Below are positions 1 through 12,701 of a DNA stretch of 64,000 bases, piece after piece. The DNA is from Octopus sinensis. Lineage: Eukaryota. The DNA lies in assembly GCF_006345805.1 (NCBI RefSeq), contig NC_043009.1, positions 3,472,001 to 3,536,000 on the forward strand, in the 5' to 3' direction. The notes beneath the pieces were generated by a model. It made no database searches and had not been told where the DNA came from. It saw only the letters and a program-made list of their open reading frames with translations. Made by a program: the position numbers and the translations under genes. Position 1 is the first letter of the stretch. Each line of letters starts with the position of its first letter.

Positions 1-405
1 GGAAAATGTGGAAAGCATGAAATGAATGTAAAAAAAGTGGTAATATAAGAGAAAATAAAAATACAACAAACGGGACAGTTTATGCGAACAAGTTCAAGGT
101 TGAAAGTTCAAGGTGAGAAATGTGTAGACGTCGTGGTATATTTTTTAAGGATTTCACATCAATGCAAAGTCACTTTGATCCGCGAAGGAGAGGTGCAGCC
201 AATGGTAAGTATCCAAGAGGTAAAGAAAATCCAAGGTAGAGGTAAGTGTTGATAGTGTATTGGTAGAATATAGGATGAAAGTGAGACCACGTGAGCGCAT
301 AATATATAACGGGAAGCTTTATGAAAATAGACAAAAGACGAAGGTAGGTGGAAAACAAACGAACAATTGTATTAGTATGGCGCTCAGGAATATAAATAAA
401 ACAAG

Positions 406-443
406 TCTTTAACGTTTCGAGCCTACGCTCTTCAACAGAAAGA
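406..443 (-). ncRNA. Minimal type-I hammerhead ribozyme motif, variant core (PLE-associated)
   Basis: tcttt-CTGTTGA-A-GAGC-GTAG-GCTC-GAAACGTT-aaaga: 5-bp stem I, 4-bp stem II, palindromic ACGT stem III; position A6 is U. Confidence 0.55.
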
Positions 444-974
444 TACACAGAGAGAAAAAACACAGAAAGAAGGAGAGAAAAAAAATGCGTGCAGTAGCTA
501 ACGAATCAACATGGCGATCTGATTTCGGCCAGAGTCAATGATCAAACAGAGACGCGAGAGTGAAATAAGGGAGATAATAGGGTTGATAATAGGGTTGAAA
601 ATAGGGTGAAGGACCAGCTAATAGTGCGTAGGAGGGGTCTGGACGTGTGTATGTATAGGGTTGGTGTATGTATTAGAATGTATAAGGGTGTGTGTGTGTG
701 TGGTGTGTGTGTATGAGAGAGTATTAGTGCGTAGAATTGGTCTGGACGTGCGTATGTATGGGGTTGGTGTATGTATTAGTATGTATTAGTATGTATTAGT
801 ACGTATTAGTATGTATAAGTGTGTGTGTGTGTATGAGAGAGTATAAGTGCGTATGAGGGGTCTGGACGTGTGTATGTATTAGTATGTATTAGTATGTATT
901 AGTAATTATTAGTATGTATTAGTTGGTGTATGTATTAGTATGGCACATCATATATGATGTGATGTGTAAAGTCG

Positions 975-1300
975 TGTGGTGTAGTGAGGAGAGGAGGGTG
1001 GAGAGAGAGTAGGGGAGAAGGAGAGAGGAGAGGGGGGAAGAGGAGAGGAGAGGAGGGTGAGAGAGAGAGGAGGGGGAGATGGAAGGGGAGGAGGGGGAGG
1101 GAAAGAGGGAGAGGGGGAGAGAGAAGGGGAGTGAGGGAGTGAGGGAGCAGAGGGAAGGGGAAGAGGGAAGGAGGGAGGGAGAAAGAGGGAAGAAGGGAAG
1201 GGGAGTAGGGGTGAAAGGATGAAGGACTGAAGAAGTAGGGGTCGGGGGGGAAAGGATAGGTGAGAGGGGGGAGAGTGGGGTTAGATGAGAGGGGGAGAGT
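975..1300 (+). repeat. Polypurine (G/A) low-complexity tract
   Basis: Almost purely G/A with many G3-G6 runs. Confidence 0.9.
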
Positions 1301-1484
1301 TGAGACCAAATGGCGTATAAGAGCGAAGAGAGAAGATTAATTCTTGTTCACGGCGCAAACGGGAATCCGGATGGCCTCTGTGTAAGGACAAACCGAACAC
1401 AGATAGGTGTTGCAAGGAGTGACCGGTGGAGCGGAAATGGCGTGAGACCGGTGTGTCGTTCGCAAGGTGGATGTCACGAAGGTG
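1281..1484 (-). pseudogene. Penelope-type GIY-YIG endonuclease C-terminal relic
   Basis: Hand translation HLRDIHLANDTPVSRHFRSTGHSLQHLSVFGLSLHRGHPDSRLRREQELIFSLRSYTPFGLNSPPLI* matches the PLE pattern (E)H..D......PV..HF...GH....RE..LI..L......GLN. The upstream Glu codon has become TAA. Not in the ORF track. Confidence 0.8.
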
Positions 1485-2766
1485 TTACGTAGAGATGAAT
1501 GTATATTTGTACACCCACATTCCTTTCTAAATCACATAAATTTAATCCCTCCTCTGTATTTGGCCTCGTTGAGTACATGATAAATAATTTAATACAGCTT
1601 CCTTTGTAAGAACGACCTAGTCAGGTCTCATATTTGGGCTGACACTTATTTCGCTTAGATAATGACGATGATGACGACGACAACGATGATGATGGTGATG
1701 ATGATAATACTTGGGTACAATAGGTCGGTTTTCTCTCTGTGTTTTATATTTTTGAAATTACAAATGTACACATTTGGAGCAGAATTATGAAGTAACATTA
1801 TACTTGTCATGTTCATATTGTAACAAATCAATATTTATTTTAATGTTTACTGGTCTGCTTTGGTGAGAAATTGCATCCACTTCTCTAGTCCTCCAGTGAA
1901 TTCCAATCTTCCCAGCGAAACTGACGAGAGTTTGAATAAATAAAGCTTAGTATATCTGAGTACGAAATAATACGATACGATATAATAAAAACACTTAGAC
2001 AATTAGAAACGTTGGAAGTGAGTACACGTATACATACATACAGACACCATATATATATATATATATATATATACAAATTATTACATTATATAAAAGGGCT
2101 TAGTAAAATAATTACTTTAACCTACTGAACTCATTAGAAATAGTAGCTAAAAAAAACTTTTTAAAACTATTTCTAATACTTAAAGAAAATCTCTCTCATA
2201 TAGTGTTTGCTCAATTCAACTCACGAAAGTATGGGGGTAAAGACATTAAAAAATCAAATGCAAAGGTTATTTGAGAACGTACGTTTCTAGATTAGTCAAC
2301 TCGAATTTCTATCATCAGCTCAGAACTCCTTGGTTTGGATTTGAAAACACTGAAAGGGAGCATACCCTTTCGGCTTCTTATCGCTTCTGAAGATCTGCTC
2401 GAAACTAACAGTGCCAGCAAACTCAAAATATAATGTAATAATTCGAATTCGCCTTAAATGGTCCCTTTGCATACCGAATACTTGGTGAAATTGATTAATA
2501 ATTAATTAATTTTACCCTCAATTGTTGAAATATATATATATACATAAATATATATGTATATATATGTATATATATATATGTGTATGTATTTATATATGTA
2601 TATTAAGTTTGTTTATGTTTTCCAGTTTCAGCTCTTGAGCTGTGGCCATGCTGGGGCACCGCCATTATATATATGTATTTTATATATTTATATGCATATC
2701 TATATGTGTATATATATATATGTATATATTTATATATATATGTATATATATATATATGTGTGTACA

Positions 2767-2824
<58 letters not shown>

Positions 2825-2827
<3 letters not shown>

Positions 2828-3068
2828 CCGGTTTCCGGTTTCCTTGGCGTATAGGTTCTCCACCTGGACGGTCCGTCGCAGGTAAGCTGCAAGATGCAGG
2901 AGGAAAGAGTGAGAGAAAGTTGTGGCGAAAGAGTCAGCAGAATTTCGCCGTTACCTTCTGCCGGAGCTGCGTGGATTTTAGGTGTTGCGCTCATAAACAC
3001 ACACATCGCCCGGTCTGAGATTCGAACCCACGAGTCCGCTGCTCTAACCACTTGGCCATGCGCCTCCA
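2825..3068 (-). mobile_element. tRNA-derived SINE (head type A, tail type Y)
   Basis: Minus strand begins GGAGGCGCATGGCCAAGTGG (A box) with GGGTTCGAATC (B box); body and tail are shared with 7900-8188. Confidence 0.75.
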
Positions 3069-3110
3069 CACACACACACACACACACACACATACATACA
3101 TATATATATA

Positions 3111-3155
<45 letters not shown>

Positions 3156-3164
3156 ATATATAAT

Positions 3165-3440
3165 ATCAGCTGCCACTCCGTCTGTTACGACTATGTGTGT
3201 CCCAATTGATCCGATTACCGGAACAGCCTGCTCGTGTAATTAACATGAAAGTGGCTGTGCATCCCACGGACATCCCTGAATGTGGTTCTCAGGGAGATTC
3301 AGCGTGACACAGAGTGTGACAAGGCTGGCCCTTTCAAATATAGGTACTACTGATTTTTGCCAGCTGCGTGGACTGGGGCAACGTGAAATAAAGTGTGTTG
3401 CTCAGGGACACAACACGTCACCATGAATTGAGCTCACCAC
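3165..3440 (-). mobile_element. tRNA-derived SINE (head type B, tail type X), 5'-degenerate
   Basis: Shares body and tail with 22269-22583 and the tail with 38281-38662. Confidence 0.75.
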
Positions 3441-4940
3441 CTTCCGGTGAAGAGCCTTCGAGGATAAGAATGAAAGAATATATGGGAACACAGATGAGAA
3501 TGTCTGATGTGAGTTCGTCGTTTGAAGAGACTTCTCACTGTATTTTATGCAAGAATCGAAGCGATGTACCTCGTATTTCCCTAACAAAGAACTCCTTCTC
3601 TAAACATTTTTGCGTCGTTTCGCAAGTGTTTTCGAACGTTTAGCTGACTGCATTGTGTGGACTTACAGATTCAGCATATTTATAAACACACATGAACCTT
3701 CTCTGGGATATAATCTTTGTAAAGTGCTTGTGGAAATGCCTTGATACTGTACGTATATTTCGTGTTATAGTATAAGAGATCTTTGTTGTCATTTCGATAT
3801 ATGTGCTCTAGTATTGTATTAACCAACAAGTACAAGATATAATCTATAAGTATATATTTCGCATAGATTTTGCAACATATTACCGTTTGTTAGAGAAAAT
3901 TGAATCGCGTGGAATATGGCTTGCTTCCTTCTTACAATAAATAAGTAAACGGAAGGCCTGCTGTAGATACTTAAATCCTCGAACCACTAATGGTACAATT
4001 CCATATATAACATTTTGATCAATGATTTGAGATCAATATTCCAGTAATCGAAGAGTAACACCAGTGCCCTCTCTTCTTCCACTCCCCAAACGAGTACTTT
4101 CTGAACTGATAGGATGTTATTTTTCAATTACGGTTTAGACATAAACACTTCTGTTTGTTTTTGACAAGAATTTCAATTAGAATAACATCACATGAGAATG
4201 TGATAACATAAGAAATTAATATATCAAATACATTTAAATTAATTTTAAGCTTAATAGACTAATCACTATCTAAATATAAAGTTAGATGCTGCACGCCAAT
4301 TTTAGATGTCACTAAATATTTCATAATTGCTGCTATAATTAGACGATAAAGTAATATATATTACTGCTATAAATTTCCAGCATCTACTTTGTAGCATTCG
4401 CCTGCAACATTCATACCCGATTTTTCACTGTAATTTTTTACTTTGCCTTATGAATTTGCGACTCAAGGCAGCAAACAGATAAGGACAGTAAAGAGATGTA
4501 GAAAAAGCCTTGTTATTTCTTCCGGATATTGCCTACCTGGGTTCAAATTTCAGCGATGTAAATTTTACATTTTATAATTTCAGTGCTGAGAAAAATTATA
4601 CCAGGACATCAATAGTGTAGATGTTACCAGATTGCTGACTTTTTCTTTAAAGTCGAAAATAGGAATTTTTAGAATTTATGTATGCTCCGTAGCTGTTTCC
4701 TATGCTTTGTTTCATTTAAATGAAGTTGCTTCGAGATCTAGTGAAAAACATGTCAAAGATTTACTGTGACCTGTTTGTTGAATGTGCATGAAAGGAAACA
4801 AGCATAGCAACGTAGATTCTTGACTCTCACAGAACTGTGTATTAGTCGCCCTCACAGGCAATTCGAAAGACAACATCCTTAAGAATAACTTCTCACGTGT
4901 GAAAATTTATAGATCCTTAAAAGGCGTATGCCGAGATAAA

Positions 4941-4942
<2 letters not shown>

Positions 4943-4990
<48 letters not shown>
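4943..4990. repeat. (TG)n microsatellite
   Basis: Pure dinucleotide run. Confidence 0.95.
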
Positions 4991-4991
<1 letters not shown>

Positions 4992-5010
4992 TATGTATTT
5001 ATATATTTAT

Positions 5011-5206
5011 ATATACTTTATTTAAAAGCTGCAGAAATATAACAAAAGCTTTTACTCAGAGTTTCACGTCCCCGTTCGTCAAACAGTTTTGTTAAAGTAG
5101 AACAGAAATTTCTGTTCTATTCTAACAAAAATGTTTGACGAACGGGAACGTGAAGTTCTGAGTAACAGCTTTTGTTATATTTCTGCTGCTTTTAAATAAA
5201 GTATAT
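5011..5206. mobile_element. Spacer-less palindromic MITE/fold-back element
   Basis: 98-bp arms (ATATACTTTATTTAAAAGC...GAACAGAAA | TTTCTGTTC...GCTTTTAAATAAAGTATAT), centre between 5108 and 5109, a few mismatches, TA-rich ends. Confidence 0.8.
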
Positions 5207-5347
5207 TACTCTAGCTCTGATATTTGAGTACTCTTTTTTTCCTCCTTGTTTCACATTTATGTGCTTACTCCGTTATATTTATATATATATTGTTATATAC
5301 GTCTCCTTGCGGGCAGGAAAAGTGTATACATACATACGTGCACACAT

Positions 5348-5435
<88 letters not shown>

Positions 5436-5472
5436 CACACACACACACACACACTCACACACACACACACAC

Positions 5473-5512
<40 letters not shown>

Positions 5513-6683
5513 TACATTCACTATATATATTTATATACGTGTCAGTATACATGTGTAGTATACATGTGTAGAGGTGGAGAGTGCTCGTATGTTCTTGCTT
5601 TAAAAGGTGGTCTACTTTCTTGTCTAAATCTACAAAATATGTTTTATCACCCTTTTACATTTGTTTTTTCGTAACATTTTTCCCGTTTCGCTCTTCTATA
5701 ATATTGTTATTTTCTAACTTCACTCATCGCCTCACTGTTATTACATGACGTTTTACTGTTTCGTATCCAGGTTGACTTTGACAAAATATGTAGAAACATA
5801 TTCGCACTTTACTTCTTTTGAAGTTTTAAATTATATACAAATACATCTCCTCTTATCCTGCCCCAGATGCAAATATATATTATGATAATTTCTCCTCTCA
5901 TCACATATCAACATCTCAGATATGTAAGTGCGAAGTGCGATCTCGAAATTTTAAATATGCTTACAATATTCTATGTTAAACAATATATCCCACACCATCA
6001 CACTTCCTGACAGCTTTTATAATGTATCGTCATTGCATTTTAATACAGAAAATTAATTAATAAATAATTAAATTTCAAAACTTCATTGTCCTTAATGATT
6101 TTAATTGAACTATCAATAAAAAATGCTTTGTGGAAATGACCATCTCCCTCGTGTCTTTATATAAATACATAACAATAGGATATTACTAATACCGAGACGT
6201 GTGACCTACTGCTGGCGTACGAATAAAACCCGCCGTGTTTTACTTACTGATTCTAAGACAATGAATGTTTCACCTTTTCCATTTACTTGTCACAACAATA
6301 TCACCAGATTAAAAGACCAAACCATTAGCAATAAGAGTTTCAAACATGTTTTTCTTATTTTGTATTGTTTTAGTTTATAATGGTGTGCTTTGTTTGCTTA
6401 TAATTGTTGCTTGCTATATTTCTAGACTCGTTTGTTTATTTATTTACACTGTCGAATTACAGACAAGCAGAAGAAAATTGCAACCTTAACACCGTGCCTA
6501 CTATATGCTCGTAAATAATAGATGTAATTGGAGTCTGGCTGCTAAGCAGATTACAATTTACTTAGCGATGTTCTTGGCATTTTGAATTACGGATACGGCA
6601 AAATCTAAATTTGCTATTGTTTCTAACTACAACTGAAAATTAGCTACCTTATTAAACGTTCTATATATACAAATATACATATA

Positions 6684-6719
<36 letters not shown>

Positions 6720-6746
6720 CATATATATATACATATATATATATAA

Positions 6747-6786
<40 letters not shown>

Positions 6787-6911
6787 ATGCATGCATATAT
6801 ATTTGGGAATACAAATATATAGACAGGCACACACATATATATGTATATGTGTGTACATGTGTGTGCTTACATAGGAATGTGTATGAAGACGCGTATATAT
6901 ATATATATATA

Positions 6912-6949
<38 letters not shown>

Positions 6950-6972
6950 TTCTGTGTGTACATACATATATC

Positions 6973-7019
<47 letters not shown>

Positions 7020-7614
7020 TCTGTAGCTTTTTTCCTATCTTGTTGAAATATATTTACTTGAAATGTGGCAGCTAAATTGTCGATAAACGATAAGAAAATC
7101 TATTAGACTGACGGCTCATGTGTTCCATGATCAAACACATTTTCTTGTGTTGCGCGTTTGTTGGTTTAATTTTACTGTTAGTGACGATTTTCTGTGTTTT
7201 TTTCTGTTATACATCAAGATTGTCAGCGAAAGATTGCGGCAATATACTGGATTTATATCCACGTAGATATTTATCTGTCACGCGATTAACAAATATAAAT
7301 CACGTTCCTTACATATTCTTATAATTTAAAGAAAAATATATCTATGTAATGTTTTCTTAACTTAATGCCCAGAGTGCTATATAAATTATGTGCAAAACTC
7401 ACTGTATCTTACATTATATTTATGCCTTTCTGTTCCGAGTTAAACTTCCAATTGATTTTGATATTGTCCTTCAGTTTCTGGATTCGGTTAACCGTACGGT
7501 GGTTTTGTAATACAATTGATGCTATCGACACAATCGGAGTACACTTAATCTCTTATCCGAATCTCATTACTCAATATATTTTGGGTTTCAAATTTTGGCA
7601 TACAACCAGCAATT

Positions 7615-7790
7615 TGGGGGAAGGGGTAACGTGATAGTATCAACCCCACTGCTGCTGGATTGGAACTTATTTTATCAACCGCGAAAGCATGAAATGCAAA
7701 GTCGACCAGGGTGGAATATAAACTCAGAATGTAATGACGGAAGAAATGCTACTGAGCATTTTGTCCGGCGCACTAACGATTCTTTTACTC
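7615..7790 (-). mobile_element. Degenerate SINE family S2
   Basis: Similarity to the S2 consensus (AAAGTCGACC...GGAAT..AACTCAGAA on +). Confidence 0.55.
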
Positions 7791-7899
7791 ACTGTATTTA
7801 GTCAATATATTATTTATATCCATGAAACAATTTTCAATTTTGAAATCAGAGTAAGAGAAGTTAGAATCACGGATTCGGATTTTCGTTATAGATATATAA

Positions 7900-8188
7900 C
7901 GTCACCCTTTTCAAGCCTAGCCAGGCTCATGAGCCCAGTTTCCCGGTTTCTGTGGCGTATGTGTTCCCCCCAGTTGGACGGGACACCAGTCCATCGCAGC
8001 GTTACTCAAGAAACAGGAAGAATGAGAGAAAGTTGGAGCGAAACAGTACAAGTGGCGCCATCATCCCCTGCCGAATTCTTGTGGAGCTTTTCGGTATTTT
8101 CGCTCAATAAACACACACAACGCCCGGTCTGGAATCGAAACCACAATCCTCCGACCGCGAGTCCGCTGCCCTAACCACTGGGCACTGG
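7900..8188 (-). mobile_element. tRNA-derived SINE (head type A, tail type Y)
   Basis: Head and body match 38281 (CCCAGTGGTTAGGGCAGCGGACTCGCGGTCG...GTGTTTATTGAGCGAAAA), but the 3' end differs (GATGGACTGGTGTCCCGTCCAACTGGGG...GCCACAGAAACCGGG). Confidence 0.8.
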
Positions 8189-8789
8189 GTTTACATTAAG
8201 CATAAAAATATCAAAAGAATGAAACACCTTCTAGAATTACTACAAATATATAATGTTTTACATTTGTAACGTCTAACATTCATAGATTTTGGACATTTAT
8301 AGGATGTTCTTGTGTTCGTTTTTGGTACGCCTATAATGTTGTAGTGCATATTATGAAGACTATACGATGATGCGTAGAAACTAAAATAAATTACAAAACT
8401 TGTTTACAGGTATGATATTGTTATCAATCTTCATATGTTTTCTCTTCAAAGCAATCACATTTCCGACTAAAAAAATTGATTTATGTGGATTTCGTTTTTA
8501 ACAATGCCTTTGTAGGCAAACTTTATACAAGTGAGAAAACATTTCGGCTTAGATATATTGTCGTATTTACGCTATATTGTAAACAAGACAATGTCTGGAA
8601 AAGACGTATAAGGTCTCATTCAAATAATATATACAATAATAGACCATAGAAAAAAAAAGCTCCCTCAAGCTAATTAATGCAGAATCAGTGAACCAATTTT
8701 ACAAGAAAAATATAGAAGTCGGTATTTAAAACAAAAAGAAAAACAATACTAAAATGAAACAAAGTAATTCACGTGAAAAACCTCGCACT

Positions 8790-8952
8790 TATATGCTTCT
8801 TTACCCAAGGGGCTAAACACAAAGAGAACAAACAAGGACAGACAAACGGATCAAGTCGACCTCGGCGGAATTTGAACTCAGAACGTAACGGCAGACAAAA
8901 TACTGCTAAGCATTTCGCCCGGCGTGCTAACGTGTCTGCCAGCTCGCCGCCT
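8790..8952 (-). mobile_element. SINE family S2, internally deleted
   Basis: AGGCGGCGAGCTGGCAGAC...GAGTTCAAATTCCGCCGAGGTCGACTT joined directly to the long-form tail. Confidence 0.8.
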
Positions 8953-9683
8953 GTAAAACCTACCGCATATATTTATAGAGAAATATAGCAGGACGATCAT
9001 GTAAAGTCAAAAGATGCTACTGAACTGAAATGGGAATAGTAAATACTTATCCGTCTCGAGAATGTGTTGTATATTACGTGAAATGCTCCTAATTTTGAGC
9101 CTTCTAATTCCAGATTTCTAATTCTCCTGCATAGTTTAGTTTTCAAGTTTGACAATTTTTTTTCCGTATCATAATTGAAAATGCATATCATATCGGTGTA
9201 CTGAGAGCTTATTATGGAACGCTGAGAGTTTATAGGGAAGGAAACTAAGTCTGATTTAAAAACACGACCTACTTACACTCAGACCGACTCATGAGAAACA
9301 TTACTTAAATCTACTTTTAAAAGATTTCTTGAATTAGAACTGCTTGAACGGTCCTCTTTTGTCTTCAGACGCGTTCTAAATGCTTCTCAAATATTTTTAA
9401 TGTAAATTAGCATTTAAACCAATTTTTCTTTTTTAACAGTCTTTAGATTCGGGAGATATTGCAATGCGTAAGTAACCGTGATTTTCCACGGCACTCTTAC
9501 CGCTTTTTGAGTGTTGCAAAAATGGCAATGCCCAACACTCATTTTCGACACATTATCAGAGGTAATTCACTACACTTCGCAAGCTACAGTACTTAGCTGA
9601 GGCAACCTGTGGTTGTACGAATCTTGTCTGATGTTGGGAGGAGCCTCGGATTTTAAAGGGCAATCAGTAAGAGGTTTTATATC

Positions 9684-9719
<36 letters not shown>

Positions 9720-10129
9720 ATATAATATATATATATATATCTGACATAATAAATGTAACAACTAATCTCTGTGTGTCATTGTGTCACACTTTGACCCCCC
9801 TTTCTCATTATGCAGTGACACTTTCTTGTGTTGGGGTGAGAGTAACAGTAGACATAGAAACGGTGAGGGCGGTGGCAAAGACACTGAGAAAGAGAGAGAG
9901 AAAGAGAAATTTAGAGAGAGCTCATGATGTTTTATTAAACGTAGTAGTGTGGATGATGGCAATGGGAGAAACTTGCTACGATTACATTTTTTTGTGAACT
10001 TCACAACTTCCGACTGAAAGTTTTGTACTGGTCTCTTGAAGCTTATAATATGTAAAGAATATACTGTAATATCAAAGATAACATTTTAGTCCTATTTAAT
10101 TAGCTCACTCATATCTTTAAATCTCCAAA

Positions 10130-10460
10130 ACAATATGAAGGATGCTTAGCATAACACCAGACAAAATCAATATGATTTTTGCGTTCTCGATAACAACACC
10201 ATCACCAGTTTGACACCGACTCGAGGAAAATTCGAAAGGTAAGATAAAACACCTGAAACATATCAGCTGTTATTTAGTCAAAGTATAACACAATTAGCGG
10301 GAAGGATGTCCGAAATATTGAGCGTTATAATGCCATTGTCACTTCTATTCAACATGGATGGTTTATCACGTAGTGTATTTGCACCTTTTTAAGGTCAGCA
10401 GAGCCTTCAGGTGTTCAGGAAAGTCTTGTGGGTAATCTTGGAAAATCTTTGTTTTCTTTG
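10130..10460 (+). pseudogene. Highly degenerate piggyBac-like transposase fragment
   Basis: Frameshifted peptides DNNTITS / KYNTISGKDV...RYNA...W resemble piggyBac WxDN..V / YN..MGGVD...Y motifs. Confidence 0.35.
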
Positions 10461-10559
10461 CAGAGTTTGCTTTAGACGTTTATGTATTTATGCGGCTTTA
10501 CATATACGAGACGAACTGCTTTATTTAAAAGAACACTAACGCATTCATCTCCAATATTT

Positions 10560-10962
10560 CTTTACTCTTTTACTTGTTTCAGTCATGTGACTGTGGCCAT
10601 GCTGGAGCACCGCATTTAGTCGAGAAAATCGACCCCAGGACTTATTCTTTGTAAGCCTAGTACTTATTTTATCGTTTTCTTTTGGCGAACTGCTAAGTTA
10701 CGGGGACGTAAACATACCAGCATCGGTTGTCAAGCGATGTTGGGGGGACAAACACAGACACACAGACATATACACACACATACATATATACATATATACG
10801 ACGGGCTTCTTTCAGTTTCCATCTACCAAATCCACGCACAAGGCTTTGATCGGCCCGAGGCTATAGTAGAAGAAACTTGCCCAAGGTGCCACGCAGTGAT
10901 ACTGTACCCGGAACCATGTGGTTCGTAAGTAAACTACTTACTACACAACCACACCTACGCCT
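10560..10962 (-). mobile_element. SINE family S1 (tRNA head, CORE-like CACCTTGGGCAAG box, internal TA/TG microsatellite)
   Basis: Near full-length copy of a family with at least 10 copies in the window. Confidence 0.9.
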
Positions 10963-10974
10963 ATTATATATATG

Positions 10975-11023
<49 letters not shown>

Positions 11024-11191
11024 TATACATATATATATATATACATACATATATATATACATATATATATATACATACATATATATACATATATATATTA
11101 TATATATATATATATATACATATATATACATACATATATATATATATTATATATATACATATATATATAATATATATACATATATATATAT

Positions 11192-11281
<90 letters not shown>

Positions 11282-11290
11282 TATATATAT
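10963..11290. repeat. Long imperfect (TA)n microsatellite
   Basis: About 330 bp of TA/TACA units. Confidence 0.95.
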
Positions 11291-11299
11291 ACAAATTTT

Positions 11300-11783
11300 G
11301 TAAGTTCAAGATTTTTCATCAGATCTCCAAAAAATCGAACTTATCTGCGATTCTTGTTAATTTCAATAACAATCTGTTCTTCTACACGACATGACAGTCA
11401 CTATGTTTTTACTCAGACTTTCCTCTACATGATGTGGCAGTCACTTTGCCTCTTACTCGGATTTTCAGAAATTTTGCATGACTGTATCCGAAAATTTCTT
11501 CATACAACTTGATCAAATATCCAATATGAACTATATGTAGACATGCATAAATTCTATAGGTTTAAAACCTTTCATCAGATCTCCACGAATCGAACTTTCT
11601 TCAATGCAGTTAATCCTACAACCTCCTTTATATCTACCCCTTTTGATGGTTGGGATTTCTCTGATATTTTTTCGGCTGACGAGTACGAGCCATCTGTATT
11701 CACTGCATTTTTTGTAGCTTATTAAAGATGTCCTCGTACGAAACGATCGTACCGAGATTTTAATCCATTCTTGTTGCTTTTTT

Positions 11784-11790
<7 letters not shown>
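11300..11790 (-). pseudogene. Degenerate CR1/L2-like LINE ORF2 C-terminal relic
   Basis: Minus-strand IPTIK...GLTAL....RGDLMKGFK resembles the CR1 motif IP....L.YEERL..LGL..LE.RR.RGDLI..FK; the RGDL segment is partly duplicated near 11310-11340. Confidence 0.45.
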
Positions 11791-11850
<60 letters not shown>

Positions 11851-12420
11851 CTATTAAGAAGCACTACATTCTTGGTCGATATTCATCTACTTTTAGTTTA
11901 ATATATTACAATTGAGGGTATTCATACATTTTCCCCTAAAATATTTAGCAAGAGTGTTTCTATCAAATTGTATTCATGCCATCTATAATGCTCAGTCATT
12001 TTTGTGCATTGCACAAGCTCACATTGAAACCATGTCGTTTTGAGATAAGTTCCACTGCAAGGCAAGTCTACTTTATTATAACACTGAGCCAACCAATCCT
12101 TTATGAGTGAAATTGCTGCATGGTAACTGTGTGGAAGGCTGCTGGATTATAATGTTTGACAGTCCCTGACCCCATTAGTAAGGAATTAGCAACAGCTCCT
12201 CGCTTTTGAGGGGATCCAGGGAATGATGTTTAGCTTCTTCCTCGGTGTGGAATCGAACATCCACGATTCCATAGGCCTTTCTTCTTTATATATTACTTTA
12301 GATTCCAGACGGAACGTAAAGCTTGTTGCATTTTAGCCTCTGTGGCTCTTTCCGTTTTTCTTGTCTTTAACCCGATTGTACGGTGCGTCACTGTCCGACG
12401 TATCGTAACTTGGATTGTCT

Positions 12421-12701
12421 CAGGTGGGGTATTCAACTTTAGCTACTTAGAATTTACTTCTGGTCGAGTAACCCATCCCGCTCAAAAGGTCTCCGAATAA
12501 GGGTTGTTTAAGGATGTTGAACGAAACACACATGTTTCCAGAGGTGAATTATTCAAACCTCAAAGAATCCCTCTCAACACATGGCTATGATGCTCTCCCA
12601 CTATTTCTGCTCGTTTACAGAAATGCACATATCGTCAGCCACTAAGGGACATGGTCAATTGGTTAAGGTCAAACAACTGACAAGCAAATCTGTGGTATTG
12701 A
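12421..12701 (-). mobile_element. Dong/R4 LINE 3'-region fragment
   Basis: Collinear with 60600-60890 and 22920-23200. Confidence 0.75.

Larger units (their letters stand above)
300..1490 (-). mobile_element. 3' part of a Penelope-like retroelement (GIY-YIG C-terminus, low-complexity spacer, pLTR with hammerhead motif)
   Basis: Endonuclease relic at 1281-1484, followed on the minus strand by a polypyrimidine tract, three ~100-120 bp degenerate repeats and a pLTR-like end containing CTGTTGAAGAGCGTAGGCTCGAAACGTT. Continuity as a single element is inferred. Confidence 0.7.

Noticed and set aside
575-607. TAGGGTT-like repeats as telomeric sequence
   Set aside because: Three 12-bp units, not a TTAGGG array.
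2387-2410. CTGAAGA-TCTGCTC-GAAAC hammerhead-like string
   Set aside because: Stem II cannot form, and there is no NUH or stem I.
7118-7324. Hydrophobic 68-aa ORF
   Set aside because: Explained by T-rich composition; no family motif.
8412-8501. Signal-peptide-like mini ORF MILLSIFICFLFKAIT... after an AG
   Set aside because: Only 29 codons; T-rich DNA gives hydrophobic peptides by chance; no convincing donor site.
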